Made by a program: the position numbers and the translations under genes
The notes under the pieces: generated by a model
The model's input: the letters and a program-made list of their open reading frames with translations, nothing else
Told to the model about the DNA's origin: nothing
The model's database searches: none
Assembly (NCBI GenBank): GCA_964385285.1
Contig: CAYLOJ010000001.1
Location: 24,537 to 88,536, forward strand
Direction of reading: 5' to 3'
From: an uncultured Gammaproteobacteria bacterium
GTDB lineage: Bacteria; Patescibacteriota; Patescibacteriia; UBA9570
DNA: 64,000 nucleotides
Part shown: positions 19,891 through 31,242 of the stretch, piece after piece
Numbering within the stretch: position 1 is the stretch's first letter
How the letters are laid out: the number at the start of each line of letters is the position of its first letter

Positions 19891-19898
19891 CGTAGACT
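19870..19898 (+). promoter_or_regulatory. murA promoter overlapping the start of the divergent gene
   Basis: TTGACG-N17-TAGACT, 8 nt before ATG 19907. Confidence 0.6.
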
Positions 19899-19906
19899 CA
19901 TTGTAC

Positions 19907-21172
19907 ATGGCTAAGTTTATTATACAAGGCAGAGGTCGTCTTCATGGTAGCATTGCAGTGGCAGGTGCTAAGAACCATGCACTTAAGTTATTTGCTGCAG
20001 CACTGCTTACTAAGCAGCCTGTGCATTTAAGTAATGTTCCAGAGATTGAAGACATTTTTCGTTTAAGAGAAATTTTGGAGACAATTGGTGTTGGGGTTAC
20101 ACATGAAGAAAAAGGGGAATACACACTCACTGCAAAACGAATTAACACGACCGTGTTGCCCAAAAAATTAGTACCGAAACTGCGCGCATCTATTTTGCTG
20201 AGTGGTCCTATTTTGGCTCGGTATGGCGAAGTAACATTTCCGCATCCGGGTGGTTGTTGGTTTGGTAAGCGCCCGATCAATTTATTCATTGCTGCATTTT
20301 CAGCGATGGGCGCAAAATGCGTCTATCAAAGCGGTGTGTATCGTTGCATTGCTCCCAAAGGCGGATTGCGCGGAACGCATTATATTTTTCCCATCGTGAG
20401 TGTTACGGGCACGGAGACACTCTTATTGGCTGCGGCGACAGCACACGGAACAACGGTAATTGAAAATGCTGCTCGCGAGCCGGAGGTTGCCGCACTGGCT
20501 GAATTCCTCAATGCTTGTGGTGCCCACATTACAGGTGCTGGTACCAGCACGCTAACGATTCATGGGGTAAAGCAGTTGCACGGCGGAGAAACTGTAGTGA
20601 TTCCTGATCGTATTGAGGCCCTATCCTTCATTTTTCTTGCATTAGCTGCACGTCAAAAACTTACCATCACGCAATGTCGCCCGAGTGACATTTCTGTCCC
20701 GTTGCAACTGTTAAGAGATGCCGGGGCAAAATTTGAAATTAGTGATCACCAGATTGTTGTGCTCCCATGGAAAAAATTAAAGCCGCTGCACGTTGTGACT
20801 AGGGAATATCCAGGTTTTCCAACGGATGGGCAATCACCATTAACAGTGTTGCTCACTCAGATTGCTGGCCAGAGTGAGGTAATGGAAACCATTTATTCAG
20901 ACCGACTATTTTTTACTGATATGCTCAATCGTATGGGGGCGAAAGTTACTATGCACACTTCGCAACATATTACGATTGATGGTGGTACTAAGCTGCGTGC
21001 CAAAGTTGTTGATAGCCCGGATTTGCGTGCGGGGATTGCAATGGTGATTGCTGGGATAATTGCACGAGGAACGACTGTCATTGGTAATGCTTACCAGATT
21101 GATCGTGGCTACGAAGCGATCGATACTCGACTCCGTAATATTGGAGTAAATATCCAGCGTCTAGAGGATTAG
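19907..21172 (+). CDS. murA: UDP-N-acetylglucosamine 1-carboxyvinyltransferase
   Basis: [22 protein letters not shown] (catalytic Cys), [32 protein letters not shown]. Confidence 0.95.
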   Translation: MAKFIIQGRGRLHGSIAVAGAKNHALKLFAAALLTKQPVHLSNVPEIEDIFRLREILETIGVGVTHEEKGEYTLTAKRINTTVLPKKLVPKLRASILLSGPILARYGEVTFPHPGGCWFGKRPINLFIAAFSAMGAKCVYQSGVYRCIAPKGGLRGTHYIFPIVSVTGTETLLLAAATAHGTTVIENAAREPEVAALAEFLNACGAHITGAGTSTLTIHGVKQLHGGETVVIPDRIEALSFIFLALAARQKLTITQCRPSDISVPLQLLRDAGAKFEISDHQIVVLPWKKLKPLHVVTREYPGFPTDGQSPLTVLLTQIAGQSEVMETIYSDRLFFTDMLNRMGAKVTMHTSQHITIDGGTKLRAKVVDSPDLRAGIAMVIAGIIARGTTVIGNAYQIDRGYEAIDTRLRNIGVNIQRLED

Positions 21173-21179
21173 CGCATTA

Positions 21180-21208
21180 TTGACCAGCAATTTTTTTCCT
21201 GTTAGACT
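21180..21208 (+). promoter_or_regulatory. sigma70-like promoter, leaderless spacing
   Basis: TTGACC-N17-TAGACT with extended TG, 8 nt before ATG 21217. Confidence 0.6.
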
Positions 21209-21216
21209 ATCACGAT

Positions 21217-22419
21217 ATGTCAGAGTCGCGTTCTGGAAAATGGTTTGTATTAGGTTTGTTCCTAATCACCCTTACAGCAGTTGCCTTTACAGGTGGCTAT
21301 GGTTTAGCGACGGTCAGACAGCAAGTGGACAAGGCTAATCCAGAGTATACTGATCCGGCTCAATCTGAGCTATTTTGGGATGTATGGGATGCCTTAAAAA
21401 CAGATTATCTTACGCAGCCTGTAGAGGACAAACAATTGTATTATGGTGCCATTAGCGGATTAGCCGCGTCGGTAAATGATCCTTACACAGTGTTTTTGGA
21501 TCCTGAACAGACTAATCTGCTACTCGATACAGTAAATGGAGCCTTTGAGGGAATTGGTGCAGAAATCGGCGAACAAGATGGTCAGATTGTTGTAGTTGCG
21601 CCACTGCCGGGAACTCCAGCAGAGAAGGCTGGTTTATTGCCCAAGGATATGATTCTTAAAATTGATGACCTAGAAACGACTGGCTTGTCTGTTGATGAGG
21701 CCATCTTTAAGATTCGTGGTGCAGAAGGAACGGATGTTAAGCTCACCATTTATCGTGAAGGCGATACGGATCTTCGTGAAGTAACTGTGCGTCGTGCCAA
21801 AATCGATTTGCCTAGTTCAACTTACACTACAGTACAAGCGGCTAGTGGAGAAAAGATTGGCGTGCTAACGATTAGCACGGTGAACGGAAACTCTGCTGAA
21901 GATGTGCGGGAATTATTAAATTCAGTTGTGCTAGAAGAGCCGGCTGGTTTAATTCTTGATTTGCGCAATAATCCAGGTGGAGTACTCAGTGATGCCATTG
22001 ATATTACTTCACTATTAATTGACAGCGGCGTAGTTGTCTCTGAACAATTCAATGATGGTACAACACGTTCATACCAAACCACTGGTCAGCCATTACTGCC
22101 AAATAAACCAAAATTGGTAGTACTGATTAATGGCGGCAGTGCATCTGCAGCCGAGATCATTGCTGGGGCCTTGCAAGATCACAATCGTGCTTGGTTAATT
22201 GGAACGACTTCATTTGGAAAAGGTGTTGTACAAGATGTTCGTGAATTTCCCGATGGCTCGGCTCTAAAGATGACGATCTCCAGTTGGTTAACGCCAAACG
22301 GGCGCACTATTCAACATACTGGCATCGAACCTGATCAAGTGGTGGATTATACAGCTGCTGAGAGTGCAGATACTCAAGATAGTCAGATGCAGGCCGCGAT
22401 CGATTACCTAGTTAAATAA
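21217..22419 (+). CDS. S41 carboxyl-terminal processing protease (CtpA-like)
   Basis: N-terminal TM, DPYT, PDZ GIGA, LDLRNNPGG, SASAAEI, GKGVVQ, WLTPNG. Confidence 0.92.
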   Translation: MSESRSGKWFVLGLFLITLTAVAFTGGYGLATVRQQVDKANPEYTDPAQSELFWDVWDALKTDYLTQPVEDKQLYYGAISGLAASVNDPYTVFLDPEQTNLLLDTVNGAFEGIGAEIGEQDGQIVVVAPLPGTPAEKAGLLPKDMILKIDDLETTGLSVDEAIFKIRGAEGTDVKLTIYREGDTDLREVTVRRAKIDLPSSTYTTVQAASGEKIGVLTISTVNGNSAEDVRELLNSVVLEEPAGLILDLRNNPGGVLSDAIDITSLLIDSGVVVSEQFNDGTTRSYQTTGQPLLPNKPKLVVLINGGSASAAEIIAGALQDHNRAWLIGTTSFGKGVVQDVREFPDGSALKMTISSWLTPNGRTIQHTGIEPDQVVDYTAAESADTQDSQMQAAIDYLVK

Positions 22420-22449
22420 TACGACTAATTAATAAGTAATACTGATTTT

Positions 22450-22869
22450 ATGCAAGTCATCATGGTCAAAACAGGAGAAATGAAACAGGTTCCAGACGGA
22501 TATGCGCGCAATTATTTGCTTCCCAATAAGTTAGCAACGGCTGCCACAGATGCCAATGTTGAAGAGGCTAAGGTGATCCAGGCAAAGCACCTTGCCGATC
22601 AACAAGCGCGTCAAGCAGAATACGCTCAACTTGGTAAGACATTAATGAATCTGAAACTGGAGATCGCAGCCGCTGCCAATGAACAAGGAAAATTGTTTGC
22701 TGCTCTGAAGGCCAGTGATGTTGTGAAGCAATTAACAGAGCATAAACTTGCCATTAGTGAAGAGATGATTAAAATGCCTGCTATCAAACACACCGGAGAC
22801 TACAAAGTTACTGTACGCATTCCAGAGCAAGCATCCGTCGAAGTGACTTTAGTAGTTAAAGCAGCGTAA
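22450..22869 (+). CDS. rplI: 50S ribosomal protein L9
   Basis: VPDGYARNYLLP, GKLFAAL, IKHTGDY. Confidence 0.9.
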   Translation: MQVIMVKTGEMKQVPDGYARNYLLPNKLATAATDANVEEAKVIQAKHLADQQARQAEYAQLGKTLMNLKLEIAAAANEQGKLFAALKASDVVKQLTEHKLAISEEMIKMPAIKHTGDYKVTVRIPEQASVEVTLVVKAA

Positions 22870-22882
22870 CGCTTCAGAGATT

Positions 22883-24514
22883 ATGGCCAAAAAAAATCCA
22901 AAATATATATTCGTAGTGGGTGGTGTTATGTCCAGTGTGGGTAAGGGCGTGACCTCCGCAAGCATCGGGCGAATTCTCCAGTCCAAAGGATTGCGTGTAA
23001 CAGCCGTCAAAGCTGATCCTTACATTAACTTGGATGCCGGCACCATGAATCCAACCGAACATGGCGAAGTATTTGTAACAGAAGATCGTGATGAAACTGA
23101 TCAGGACATTGGTAACTATGAGCGGTTCTTGAATACTGATGTGCTCTCGGTAAACTATATGACCACTGGCCGTGTCTACGATACCGTCATTCGTAAGGAG
23201 CGCAATCTAGAGTATAAAGGAGCATGTGTAGAAGTAGTGCCACATATTCCTGAGGAAATTATTAGTCGTATCCGCGAGGCGCAACGTCAAGCTAACGCAG
23301 ACGTCACGATTATTGAGGTTGGTGGAACAATTGGAGAATATCAGAACATTCTATTCTTGGAAGCAGCACGCATGATGCACACGCGTTATCCGGACGACGT
23401 CTGTTTTATGCTGGTTAGCTATATGCCGATCCCTGAACGTGTTGGTGAGATGAAAACAAAGCCGACGCAATCTGCGGCGCGCGCATTGAACACAGCCGGG
23501 ATCCAAGCTGATTTTATTATCTGTCGCGCTGCACGTCCGTTGGATCAAAAACGTCAAGAAAAGCTAGCAATTTTTTGTGGCATCTCTCCTGATCATGCAA
23601 TTTCAGCACCGGATGTAGATATGATCTATCAGATTCCTCAAGTCTTTGAGCAGCAAAAACTGGGTGACAAGATACTCAAACAATTGAAGTTAAAGCCGGC
23701 TGTTACGAAAATGACCGAGTGGAATTCAATGGTCAATCGAGCCTTGAAAGTCACTAAGCCACTGCGCATAGCTGTGGTAGGTAAGTACTTTGGAACAGGC
23801 GACTATACATTGGCGGATTCCTATATTTCCGTGATTGAAGCACTTAAACACGCCGCTTGGTCACAGCACCGCAAGCCACAACTTACTTGGATCGATTCAG
23901 AAGTCTACGAAAAAACTCCAAGTAAAGTGAAGGAACTTAGTCAGTATGACGGGGTCATTGTACCTGGTGGTTTTGGTAGTCGTGGGATCGAAGGGATTAT
24001 TTCTGCCATTCAATATGTACGTACACACAATATTCCATACCTAGGACTGTGCTATGGCATGCAACTGGCAATGGTAGAAATTGCACGCCATGAAGCTGGA
24101 TTGACACAAGCGACGACGGTTGAAATTGATGCAAAATCTAAGCAACCGATTATTCACATCAATCCGAAGCAATTTGAAAATGTAAAATTGAATCGCTATG
24201 GTGGAACGATGCGTTTAGGTGCATTCCGTTGCACAGTGAAAAAAGGCACAAAAGCCTTTGCTGCCTATGGAAAAACCGAAATCTCCGAGCGCCATCGCCA
24301 TCGCTATGAATTTAACAATACGTATCGTGGTGCGCTGGAGGCTGCAGGCGTTGTTTTTTCAGGCATCAACCCCGAACAAGATTTAGTGGAAATTGCAGAA
24401 TATAAAAAACATCCTTGGTTTATCGGCACGCAGTTTCATCCCGAATTAAAATCTCGTCCGCTGGACCCACATCCTCTGTATGTTGGTTTTGTGAAAGCCT
24501 GTATTAAACGCTAA
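22883..24514 (+). CDS. pyrG: CTP synthase
   Basis: GGVMSSVGKG, DPYINLDAGTMNP, KTKPTQ, VPGGFG, GLCYGMQ, ERHRHRYE, QFHPE. Confidence 0.97.
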   Translation: MAKKNPKYIFVVGGVMSSVGKGVTSASIGRILQSKGLRVTAVKADPYINLDAGTMNPTEHGEVFVTEDRDETDQDIGNYERFLNTDVLSVNYMTTGRVYDTVIRKERNLEYKGACVEVVPHIPEEIISRIREAQRQANADVTIIEVGGTIGEYQNILFLEAARMMHTRYPDDVCFMLVSYMPIPERVGEMKTKPTQSAARALNTAGIQADFIICRAARPLDQKRQEKLAIFCGISPDHAISAPDVDMIYQIPQVFEQQKLGDKILKQLKLKPAVTKMTEWNSMVNRALKVTKPLRIAVVGKYFGTGDYTLADSYISVIEALKHAAWSQHRKPQLTWIDSEVYEKTPSKVKELSQYDGVIVPGGFGSRGIEGIISAIQYVRTHNIPYLGLCYGMQLAMVEIARHEAGLTQATTVEIDAKSKQPIIHINPKQFENVKLNRYGGTMRLGAFRCTVKKGTKAFAAYGKTEISERHRHRYEFNNTYRGALEAAGVVFSGINPEQDLVEIAEYKKHPWFIGTQFHPELKSRPLDPHPLYVGFVKACIKR

Positions 24515-24536
24515 AAAAATATTTGGGGGTAAAAAC

Positions 24537-24566
24537 AATAGAGCCGCGATTTCTCGCGGCTCTATT
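24537..24566. terminator. Bidirectional intrinsic terminator between convergent pyrG and rpmA
   Basis: Perfect 13-bp stem AATAGAGCCGCGA-TTTC-TCGCGGCTCTATT with A/T-rich flanks on both sides. Confidence 0.85.
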
Positions 24567-24592
24567 TGTGTTGAATTTATAGGTGGAGCTAA

Positions 24593-24874
24593 CTATTTGG
24601 CAGCTGTTATACTAACAAACTGGCGGCGAACTACTTTTCCGGTAAAGTTCTTCACTTTGCGGATAGTAAACTGCACGGCCCCTGCCTTAGCGGCATATAA
24701 CGTGTCGTCTTCACCACGGCGAACATTTTTGCCTGGATGAAATTTAGTACCACGTTGGCGCACAATCACTTCTCCCGGTTTTACAGTTTGGCCACCATAA
24801 GCCTTAACGCCAAGACGTTTCGAAACGGAATCTCGACCTAGGGCTGTTGATCCACCTGCTTTTGTATGTGCCAT
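24593..24874 (-). CDS. rpmA: 50S ribosomal protein L27
   Basis: [36 protein letters not shown]. Confidence 0.97.
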   Translation of the reverse strand: MAHTKAGGSTALGRDSVSKRLGVKAYGGQTVKPGEVIVRQRGTKFHPGKNVRRGEDDTLYAAKAGAVQFTIRKVKNFTGKVVRRQFVSITAAK

Positions 24875-24882
24875 ACCGCCGG

Positions 24883-24933
24883 ATTGTACCAGGGCTGAAA
24901 ACCCTTGTCAACTTGGTCAGAATCAGCCATACT
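24883..24933. promoter_or_regulatory. Back-to-back divergent promoters sharing the -35 region (rpmA and DUF4013 gene)
   Basis: Minus strand: TTGACA-N17-TACAAT, 8 nt before the rpmA ATG. Plus strand: TTGTCA-N17-CATACT, 7 nt before ATG 24941. Confidence 0.65.
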
Positions 24934-24940
24934 AGAGCCT

Positions 24941-25636
24941 ATGTTTACATTAACCGGACAACATTTTAACGAAATTTTACGCTATCCGTTCACTGGGAAG
25001 GATTGGTTTGTCAAAATCAGCTTGCAAGGTGCCCTTATTATTATGCTCTGCCCATTTTTAATTGGCATTCCCTTATTATCTGGATTCGTAGCGGCACATA
25101 CACAGCGCGGTATTAAAGGTACCAACGACTATCCGGATTGGAAAGATTGGGGATTGTATTGGACACTAGGTTGGAAAATATTGGCTGCGAATTTATTGTA
25201 TTACCTTCCGTTTTTATTTCTTATTGGTGTCTATTTATTGATTATTCTAGTGCCCATTGCAATCGGCGCAGCAACAAACTCGCCTGACTTAGTCGTCTTA
25301 GGTAGTGTCCTGGGTTCAATGGGAATGTTCGTGCTCTACCCACTGATGTTTGTCTATCTGATCTTTTACATCCCGATTCAGATGGCAGTTGGTGCGAAGA
25401 TTGCTGCTGGCGCAAAATTTAGTCAAGCAGTAGATTGGAAGCAGTATATTTGGCCATACATTAAATCGAATGGTCTACACTTGCTCGTGATCTATCTGAT
25501 TGGCTACTTTGCTTCTCTCTTGTCCATGGTCGGTATGGTGGCATTATTTGCAGGCATTCTACTGACAATGCCACTCTCCTTTGCTCTGATGGGCTACGCA
25601 CATGGCGTAGGCTATCGCTTATCAACTGTGAAATAG
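24941..25636 (+). CDS. DUF4013-like membrane protein
   Basis: LRYPF...W, IGIPLLSGF, YPDWKDW, multiple TM helices; start set at MFTLTG. Confidence 0.65.
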   Translation: MFTLTGQHFNEILRYPFTGKDWFVKISLQGALIIMLCPFLIGIPLLSGFVAAHTQRGIKGTNDYPDWKDWGLYWTLGWKILAANLLYYLPFLFLIGVYLLIILVPIAIGAATNSPDLVVLGSVLGSMGMFVLYPLMFVYLIFYIPIQMAVGAKIAAGAKFSQAVDWKQYIWPYIKSNGLHLLVIYLIGYFASLLSMVGMVALFAGILLTMPLSFALMGYAHGVGYRLSTVK

Positions 25637-25650
25637 AATTTTAGGATTGT

Positions 25651-26943
25651 ATGGAGATGGAAAAAATAGTATCCCTTGCTAAGCAACGTGGGTTTATCTA
25701 CCCAGGTAGCGAGATTTATGGTGGGTTAGCCAATTCCTGGGATTACGGCCCGCTTGGAGCGCAGATGCGCATGAATATCAAGCGAGCTTGGTGGCGCGAT
25801 GTCGTAGAACAACGCATGGACATGTATGGTTTGGATGGTGCCATTTTAATGAATCCAAAAGTCTGGGAAGCCAGTGGACATGTCGCTACATTTCATGATC
25901 CGTTAGTTGAATGCGCAAAGTGCCGACATCGTTTTCGTGCGGATCAAATTTCTAGCACTAGCTGTCCGGATTGCGGCGGAACCTTATCTGCTCCGCGAGA
26001 ATTTAATTTGATGTTCAAAACTCAGATTGGCCCGGTCAGTGAGCAAGGTACCACGGTCTATTTGCGACCAGAAACCGCCCAGGCCATGTTCGTCAATTTT
26101 AAGAATGTCATGCAATCGATTCGTCCGCGCTTGCCATTTGGGTTAGCACAAATTGGTAAAGCCTTTCGCAACGAGATTACGCCCGGGAATTACATTTTCC
26201 GCACACTCGAGTTTGAACAAATGGAAATCGAATATTTTATTGAGCCAACGGATTGGGAAAGTACCTTTGAAACTTGGAAGCAGTGGATGTTGAACTGGGC
26301 GAAAAGCATTGGTATTAATCTTGAAAAAATGCACGAACTGGAAGTGCCAGCCGAAGAGCGCGCACATTATTCCAAGCGCACTGTTGATTTTGAATTTGAT
26401 TTCCCCTTTGGTCGCAAAGAATTGTGGGGGTTGGCCTATCGCACTGATTTTGACCTGAGTAATCACAGCCAAGCCTCTGGTGAAAGATTAGAGTACACCG
26501 ATCCAATGGATCCAAAGCGTCGTTTCGTTCCTCATGTGATTGAACCGACCATGGGTGTAGATCGTACATTGCTGGCAATGTTAATCAGTGCCTATGATGA
26601 AGAAGAGGTGAATGGCGAAACTCGTGTCGTATTGCGTCTGACCAAAGAGATGGCGCCTTATCAAGTAGCCGTTCTTCCGTTATCCAAAAAAGACGAGTTA
26701 AAGGCCGTAGCGCAGCCGCTATATGCCCAGCTGATCAAATCATTCCGCTGTGAGTACGATGAAACCCAAAGCATTGGGAAACGCTACCGCCGTCAGGATG
26801 AAATTGGCACACCATTTTGTATCACTGTTGATTTCGATTCATTAAATGATCAGCAGGTGACAATTCGTGAACGTGATTCAATGCAACAAATTCGTTTGCC
26901 TTTAAACCAAGTAATGACTTATCTCCATGAGCACGGTCTCTAA
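25651..26943 (+). CDS. glyQS: Glycine--tRNA ligase (alpha2 dimeric type)
   Basis: [61 protein letters not shown]. Confidence 0.96.
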   Translation: MEMEKIVSLAKQRGFIYPGSEIYGGLANSWDYGPLGAQMRMNIKRAWWRDVVEQRMDMYGLDGAILMNPKVWEASGHVATFHDPLVECAKCRHRFRADQISSTSCPDCGGTLSAPREFNLMFKTQIGPVSEQGTTVYLRPETAQAMFVNFKNVMQSIRPRLPFGLAQIGKAFRNEITPGNYIFRTLEFEQMEIEYFIEPTDWESTFETWKQWMLNWAKSIGINLEKMHELEVPAEERAHYSKRTVDFEFDFPFGRKELWGLAYRTDFDLSNHSQASGERLEYTDPMDPKRRFVPHVIEPTMGVDRTLLAMLISAYDEEEVNGETRVVLRLTKEMAPYQVAVLPLSKKDELKAVAQPLYAQLIKSFRCEYDETQSIGKRYRRQDEIGTPFCITVDFDSLNDQQVTIRERDSMQQIRLPLNQVMTYLHEHGL

Positions 26944-28204
26944 AAAAGTATTGTCAAATAAGCTAACCGTTTTAACCATTCCGCAGCCAGGCACAGAAAC
27001 CGTAACGGTCATGGTGCTGGTACCCGTAGGTTCGCGTCATGAAAATCCAAGTAATAATGGGATTTCGCATTTCTTAGAGCACTTAATGTTTAAAGGTACG
27101 GAGCGTCGTCCTAGTACCTTAGAGCTGACCAAACAATTAGACGCGGTTGGTGCTGAGTACAATGCCTTTACCTCAAAAGATATCACGCTTTACTATATTA
27201 AGGTCGCAGCTAATCAATTGGAATTAGCATTAGATCTCTTTTCTGACATGTTATTCCACTCACTGTTTGACCCTGCTGAAATTGATCGCGAGCGGGGAGT
27301 GATTTTGGAAGAACTCAATATGTACGAAGACAACCCTTTGATGCATGTTGATACGGTGTTTGAGATGTCGTTGTTCGGAGAGCATAATCCCATTGGTTAT
27401 GATATTGGTGGTAAGAAAGATAATATCCGTAACTTGCCACGCCAAGCTTTTATTGATTACAAAAAACGTCACTATTCTCCGGCCGCTATGCATCTTGTGA
27501 TTGCTGGTAATATTGATAAGCGCGCTAACAAATGGATCAAACAGTACTTTGCGGATCAACCAGCCGGCAAAGGCAAACCATCCTTTGAACGGTTTAAATC
27601 GTATCAGCATAAGATTCAGTTTCGTCACAAATATAAAGATACACAGCAAACTCAAATTGCATTAGGTGTTGAAGCAATTGGATTAAAACGCCCACAAGAT
27701 ATGGCTACCTTATCTGTGCTCTCGACTATCCTAGGTGGAAATATGAGCTCTCGTTTGTTTATCTCTATTCGCGAACGACAAGGCTTATGCTATGTCATTC
27801 ATAGCGATGTTAGTCCCTACGTGGACACTGGCGCATTGATGATTCAGGCGGGTGTAGACAATCAGCGTGTAGAACCGGCAATCGTAGCAATTGTTGAAGA
27901 GTTAAATAAAATTAAAGGTGAATTAGTCAGTACGGAGGAACTGCACAATGCACAGACCTGTATCGTTGGGCACACAGCTTTGAAAATGGAGGATTCTTCA
28001 GCGCTTGCGGGCTTCTACGGTAAACAGTCTGTATTGTTGGGAGAAATGCGCACACCTAAGCAAAAACTAGCCATGATCAACCAGGTCACACGTGAAGATA
28101 TTCGACGAATGGCTCAACATTTGCTAAAGTTAGAAAAGTTAAATATTGCTAGCATTGGCCCTCAATCTTCGCTTACGGGGGTGGCTAAGCAACTAAGTCT
28201 ATAG
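26927..28204 (+). CDS. M16 family zinc peptidase
   Basis: [14 protein letters not shown] (HxxEH), [23 protein letters not shown]. Confidence 0.92.
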   Translation: MSTVSKKVLSNKLTVLTIPQPGTETVTVMVLVPVGSRHENPSNNGISHFLEHLMFKGTERRPSTLELTKQLDAVGAEYNAFTSKDITLYYIKVAANQLELALDLFSDMLFHSLFDPAEIDRERGVILEELNMYEDNPLMHVDTVFEMSLFGEHNPIGYDIGGKKDNIRNLPRQAFIDYKKRHYSPAAMHLVIAGNIDKRANKWIKQYFADQPAGKGKPSFERFKSYQHKIQFRHKYKDTQQTQIALGVEAIGLKRPQDMATLSVLSTILGGNMSSRLFISIRERQGLCYVIHSDVSPYVDTGALMIQAGVDNQRVEPAIVAIVEELNKIKGELVSTEELHNAQTCIVGHTALKMEDSSALAGFYGKQSVLLGEMRTPKQKLAMINQVTREDIRRMAQHLLKLEKLNIASIGPQSSLTGVAKQLSL

Positions 28205-28215
28205 CTGACCATTCC

Positions 28216-29280
28216 ATGATCGAATCGCGTCAACCGCTACACGTCAACATTTCTAGCCTTACGATTATCAAGGTAGTACTGGTTGGAATTGGATTAGTCT
28301 TACTGTGGTTAGTGCGTGATGTGTTGGCGATGATTTTTGTCGCTTGGGTACTCTCCATGGCGCTACACCCGTGGGTAGATTGGCTGCAGCGTCATCATGT
28401 GCCTCGGTCACTTGGGATTTTATCCGTATATGTTACAGCGCTGGCGGTTCTCACAACTGTATTGATCTTACTCGTGCCACCAGTCACTGCTGAACTGACC
28501 AGTATTAGTCAGAATTTCCCGACGTATTATGCACCGATTCAGGCAGCATTAGAGAGTGTCCGCCAAACTGGGGAGACCTTTGGTTTACTAGAAACACTTC
28601 GTCAAACTTTAAACACTACCGTTCAAGGCGTATCTCAGCTATCTTCAGGAATCTATTCAGCGGTTTCATCCATTTTTACCGGCATTATTACGCTAGTCGG
28701 AATTTTGGTAATTGCTTTTTATATGACTAGCGAAGAAGATGGGATCAAAAAGTTTGTCCAATCTATTTCGCCGATCAATTATCAACCTTATATATTACAT
28801 AAATTGACTCAGATCCAGCACCGTTTGAGTAATTGGATGTGGGGACAGTTTGTCCTGATGATTTTCGTTGGTACATTAACGGGATTGGCGCTGTGGATTT
28901 TAGGTGTTAAATATGCCTTGGTGCTCGGTATCCTGGCTGGCTTACTAGAGTTCATTCCGGTGATCGGACCAACACTTGCTGCGGTTCCAGCGATCTTTTT
29001 TGCCTTCACAGATTTTGCGCACACGCCCTATAAGCCGTTTATTGTGCTGATTATGTTTATCATCATTCAGCAAGTAGAGAATCAGCTGTTAGTGCCGCGC
29101 GTGATGAAGCGGGCTACTGGGTTGAATCCGATCATCATTATTATCTCCTTATTGGTTGGTGCTAAGCTGGGTGGCTTTATTGGTGTGGTGCTTTCCGTGC
29201 CCTCAGTAGCCATTATTGATGTCTTTTTAGCTGACTTTCTATCTAAAAAACAAGAAGAGCAGAATCGTCTGGAGGCTTAA
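28216..29280 (+). CDS. AI-2E family transporter
   Basis: Multi-TM; LEFIPVIGP, QQVENQLLVPR, GLNP, GVVLSVP. Confidence 0.88.
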   Translation: MIESRQPLHVNISSLTIIKVVLVGIGLVLLWLVRDVLAMIFVAWVLSMALHPWVDWLQRHHVPRSLGILSVYVTALAVLTTVLILLVPPVTAELTSISQNFPTYYAPIQAALESVRQTGETFGLLETLRQTLNTTVQGVSQLSSGIYSAVSSIFTGIITLVGILVIAFYMTSEEDGIKKFVQSISPINYQPYILHKLTQIQHRLSNWMWGQFVLMIFVGTLTGLALWILGVKYALVLGILAGLLEFIPVIGPTLAAVPAIFFAFTDFAHTPYKPFIVLIMFIIIQQVENQLLVPRVMKRATGLNPIIIIISLLVGAKLGGFIGVVLSVPSVAIIDVFLADFLSKKQEEQNRLEA

Positions 29281-29298
29281 TCTGTATTAATCTTTAGT

Positions 29299-30744
29299 AT
29301 GCCCGGTAAGTATTATTTAACTACAGCTATTCCTTATGTAAATTCAAAACCACATATCGGTTTTGCATTAGAGCTTGTACAGGCGGATGTGGTAGCGCGT
29401 TATCAACGTCTAATCGGCCAAGATACCTATTTTTTAACCGGAGTTGATGAGAATAGTTTGAAAAATGTTCGTGCAGCTGAACAAGCCGGCGTATCTACAC
29501 AAGCATTGTGCGACCAAAACGCTGCCAGCTTTCAGGAGCTACTGAAGTCGCTCGATATTTCTGCCAATCAATTTTTTCGTACGTCATCAGAACAACATCA
29601 TCGCGGCGCACAAGCGTTGTGGTCTGCCTGTCAGCCGGAAGATATTTATACAAAACGCTATAGTGGGCTCTATTGCGTCGGCTGTGAGGCGTATTACATG
29701 GAAAAAGATCTCGTCGATGGGAAGTGCCCCGAACACAAGACTATCCCAGAGTTAGTAGAAGAAGAGAACTATTTTTTTCGCCTCAGCAATTACACGACTA
29801 AACTAAAAAAACTAATTGAATCAGGTGAGATTCAGATCTATCCGCGCTTTCGTAAAAATGAAGTTTTATCCTTTATTCAAATGGGACTGGAGGACTTTTC
29901 CATCTCCCGCTCCCGCCATCGTGCAAAAGATTGGGGAGTCAGTGTTCCTGGTAATGAGGAGCAGGTGATGTATGTCTGGTTTGATGCGTTGAGCAATTAC
30001 ATTACCGCTCTAGGTTACGGTTCTGGAGATATCAAACTATTTAAGCAATACTGGCCAGCTGATTTGCACGTGATTGGTAAAGGAATATCCAGATTCCACG
30101 CTATCTATTGGCCGGCCATGCTACTTTCTGCTGGCGTCGCTTTACCAAAGTCCATTTTTATCCACGGCTACGTTTCTTCTGGTGGACAAAAAATGAGCAA
30201 ATCGTTAGGCAATGTCGTGGATCCATTTGAATATGTACACAGCTACGGGGCAGATGCTGTGCGCTACTATCTGTTAAGAGAAATACCGCCAGCCGAGGAT
30301 GGTGATTGGTCGGAGGATAAATTTGTTGAGCGCTACAACTCGGATTTAGCTAATGATCTTGGCAATTTAGTCAGTCGCGTCTCCAATATGGTAGATCGCT
30401 ACCTGGGCGGAATGATTCCACCTATCGAATTACCAGACCCCGAGTATCACTTAGAGGATGTTTATACACTGATTAGTCAGTACCGCTTTAACGAAGCCCT
30501 AGACTCAGTTTGGCAAATTATCAAGTTAGCCAACAAAATGGTGGACGACGAGAAGCCTTGGGAGTTGCATAGCAAAGCCAATACAGAAAAATTAGAACGT
30601 GTATTAGCACAGTTAGTGGTGATGGTACAAGATATTGCCTTGGCGCTTGAACCATTCTTACCGACGACTGCCAAAACTATTCAACAGCATTTCAGCCAGC
30701 CAAAAATCAATAAAATCTCTCCGCTCTTTCCGCGGATTCTATAA
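29299..30744 (+). CDS. metG: Methionine--tRNA ligase (short monomeric form)
   Basis: TTAIPYVN..HIGF, YCVGCE, YVWFDAL, KMSKS, LANDLGNL. Confidence 0.95.
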   Translation: MPGKYYLTTAIPYVNSKPHIGFALELVQADVVARYQRLIGQDTYFLTGVDENSLKNVRAAEQAGVSTQALCDQNAASFQELLKSLDISANQFFRTSSEQHHRGAQALWSACQPEDIYTKRYSGLYCVGCEAYYMEKDLVDGKCPEHKTIPELVEEENYFFRLSNYTTKLKKLIESGEIQIYPRFRKNEVLSFIQMGLEDFSISRSRHRAKDWGVSVPGNEEQVMYVWFDALSNYITALGYGSGDIKLFKQYWPADLHVIGKGISRFHAIYWPAMLLSAGVALPKSIFIHGYVSSGGQKMSKSLGNVVDPFEYVHSYGADAVRYYLLREIPPAEDGDWSEDKFVERYNSDLANDLGNLVSRVSNMVDRYLGGMIPPIELPDPEYHLEDVYTLISQYRFNEALDSVWQIIKLANKMVDDEKPWELHSKANTEKLERVLAQLVVMVQDIALALEPFLPTTAKTIQQHFSQPKINKISPLFPRIL

Positions 30745-30755
30745 CTAAACACGGT

Positions 30756-31241
30756 ATGAATATTTTAGATTGGGCAATTGTAATTTGGCTGGTAGTAGCA
30801 TTTCTGAGCGGTGCAAAATTAGGTTTAGTCTATCGGATTGGACACTTTGTGGGCTTGGTTGTTGGAATCTGGCTGGCCTTTACGTATGGTGGAGAAATCG
30901 TAGCATGGTTTGGCGGTGGAATTTACACCACAATCACGGTGGTGCTCGTGCTCATCTCAGGCGTTTCGGCATTAGGCGGTATATTGGCGAAGACATTGGA
31001 TAAAGTCTTTGGAATTTTTTCTTGGATTCCATTCTTGCGGACTGCCAATGCCATTCTTGGCGGAATACTATCGTTAATCATTAACATTGTTGTGTTGAGT
31101 ATAATGTTCGGGCTAGCGATTACTCTATTTACGGCAGACGACACACAATACATCTTAATGGTTGAGCAATCGATGTTTTATCCTTGGTTTATGCCAATTT
31201 CCGAATTGATCGTGCCAATGATTCCTTGGTTTAGCAAATAG
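30756..31241 (+). CDS. CvpA family membrane protein
   Basis: MNILDWAIV...GAKLG, ANAILGGIL; four TM helices. Confidence 0.8.
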   Translation: MNILDWAIVIWLVVAFLSGAKLGLVYRIGHFVGLVVGIWLAFTYGGEIVAWFGGGIYTTITVVLVLISGVSALGGILAKTLDKVFGIFSWIPFLRTANAILGGILSLIINIVVLSIMFGLAITLFTADDTQYILMVEQSMFYPWFMPISELIVPMIPWFSK

Positions 31242-31242
31242 C

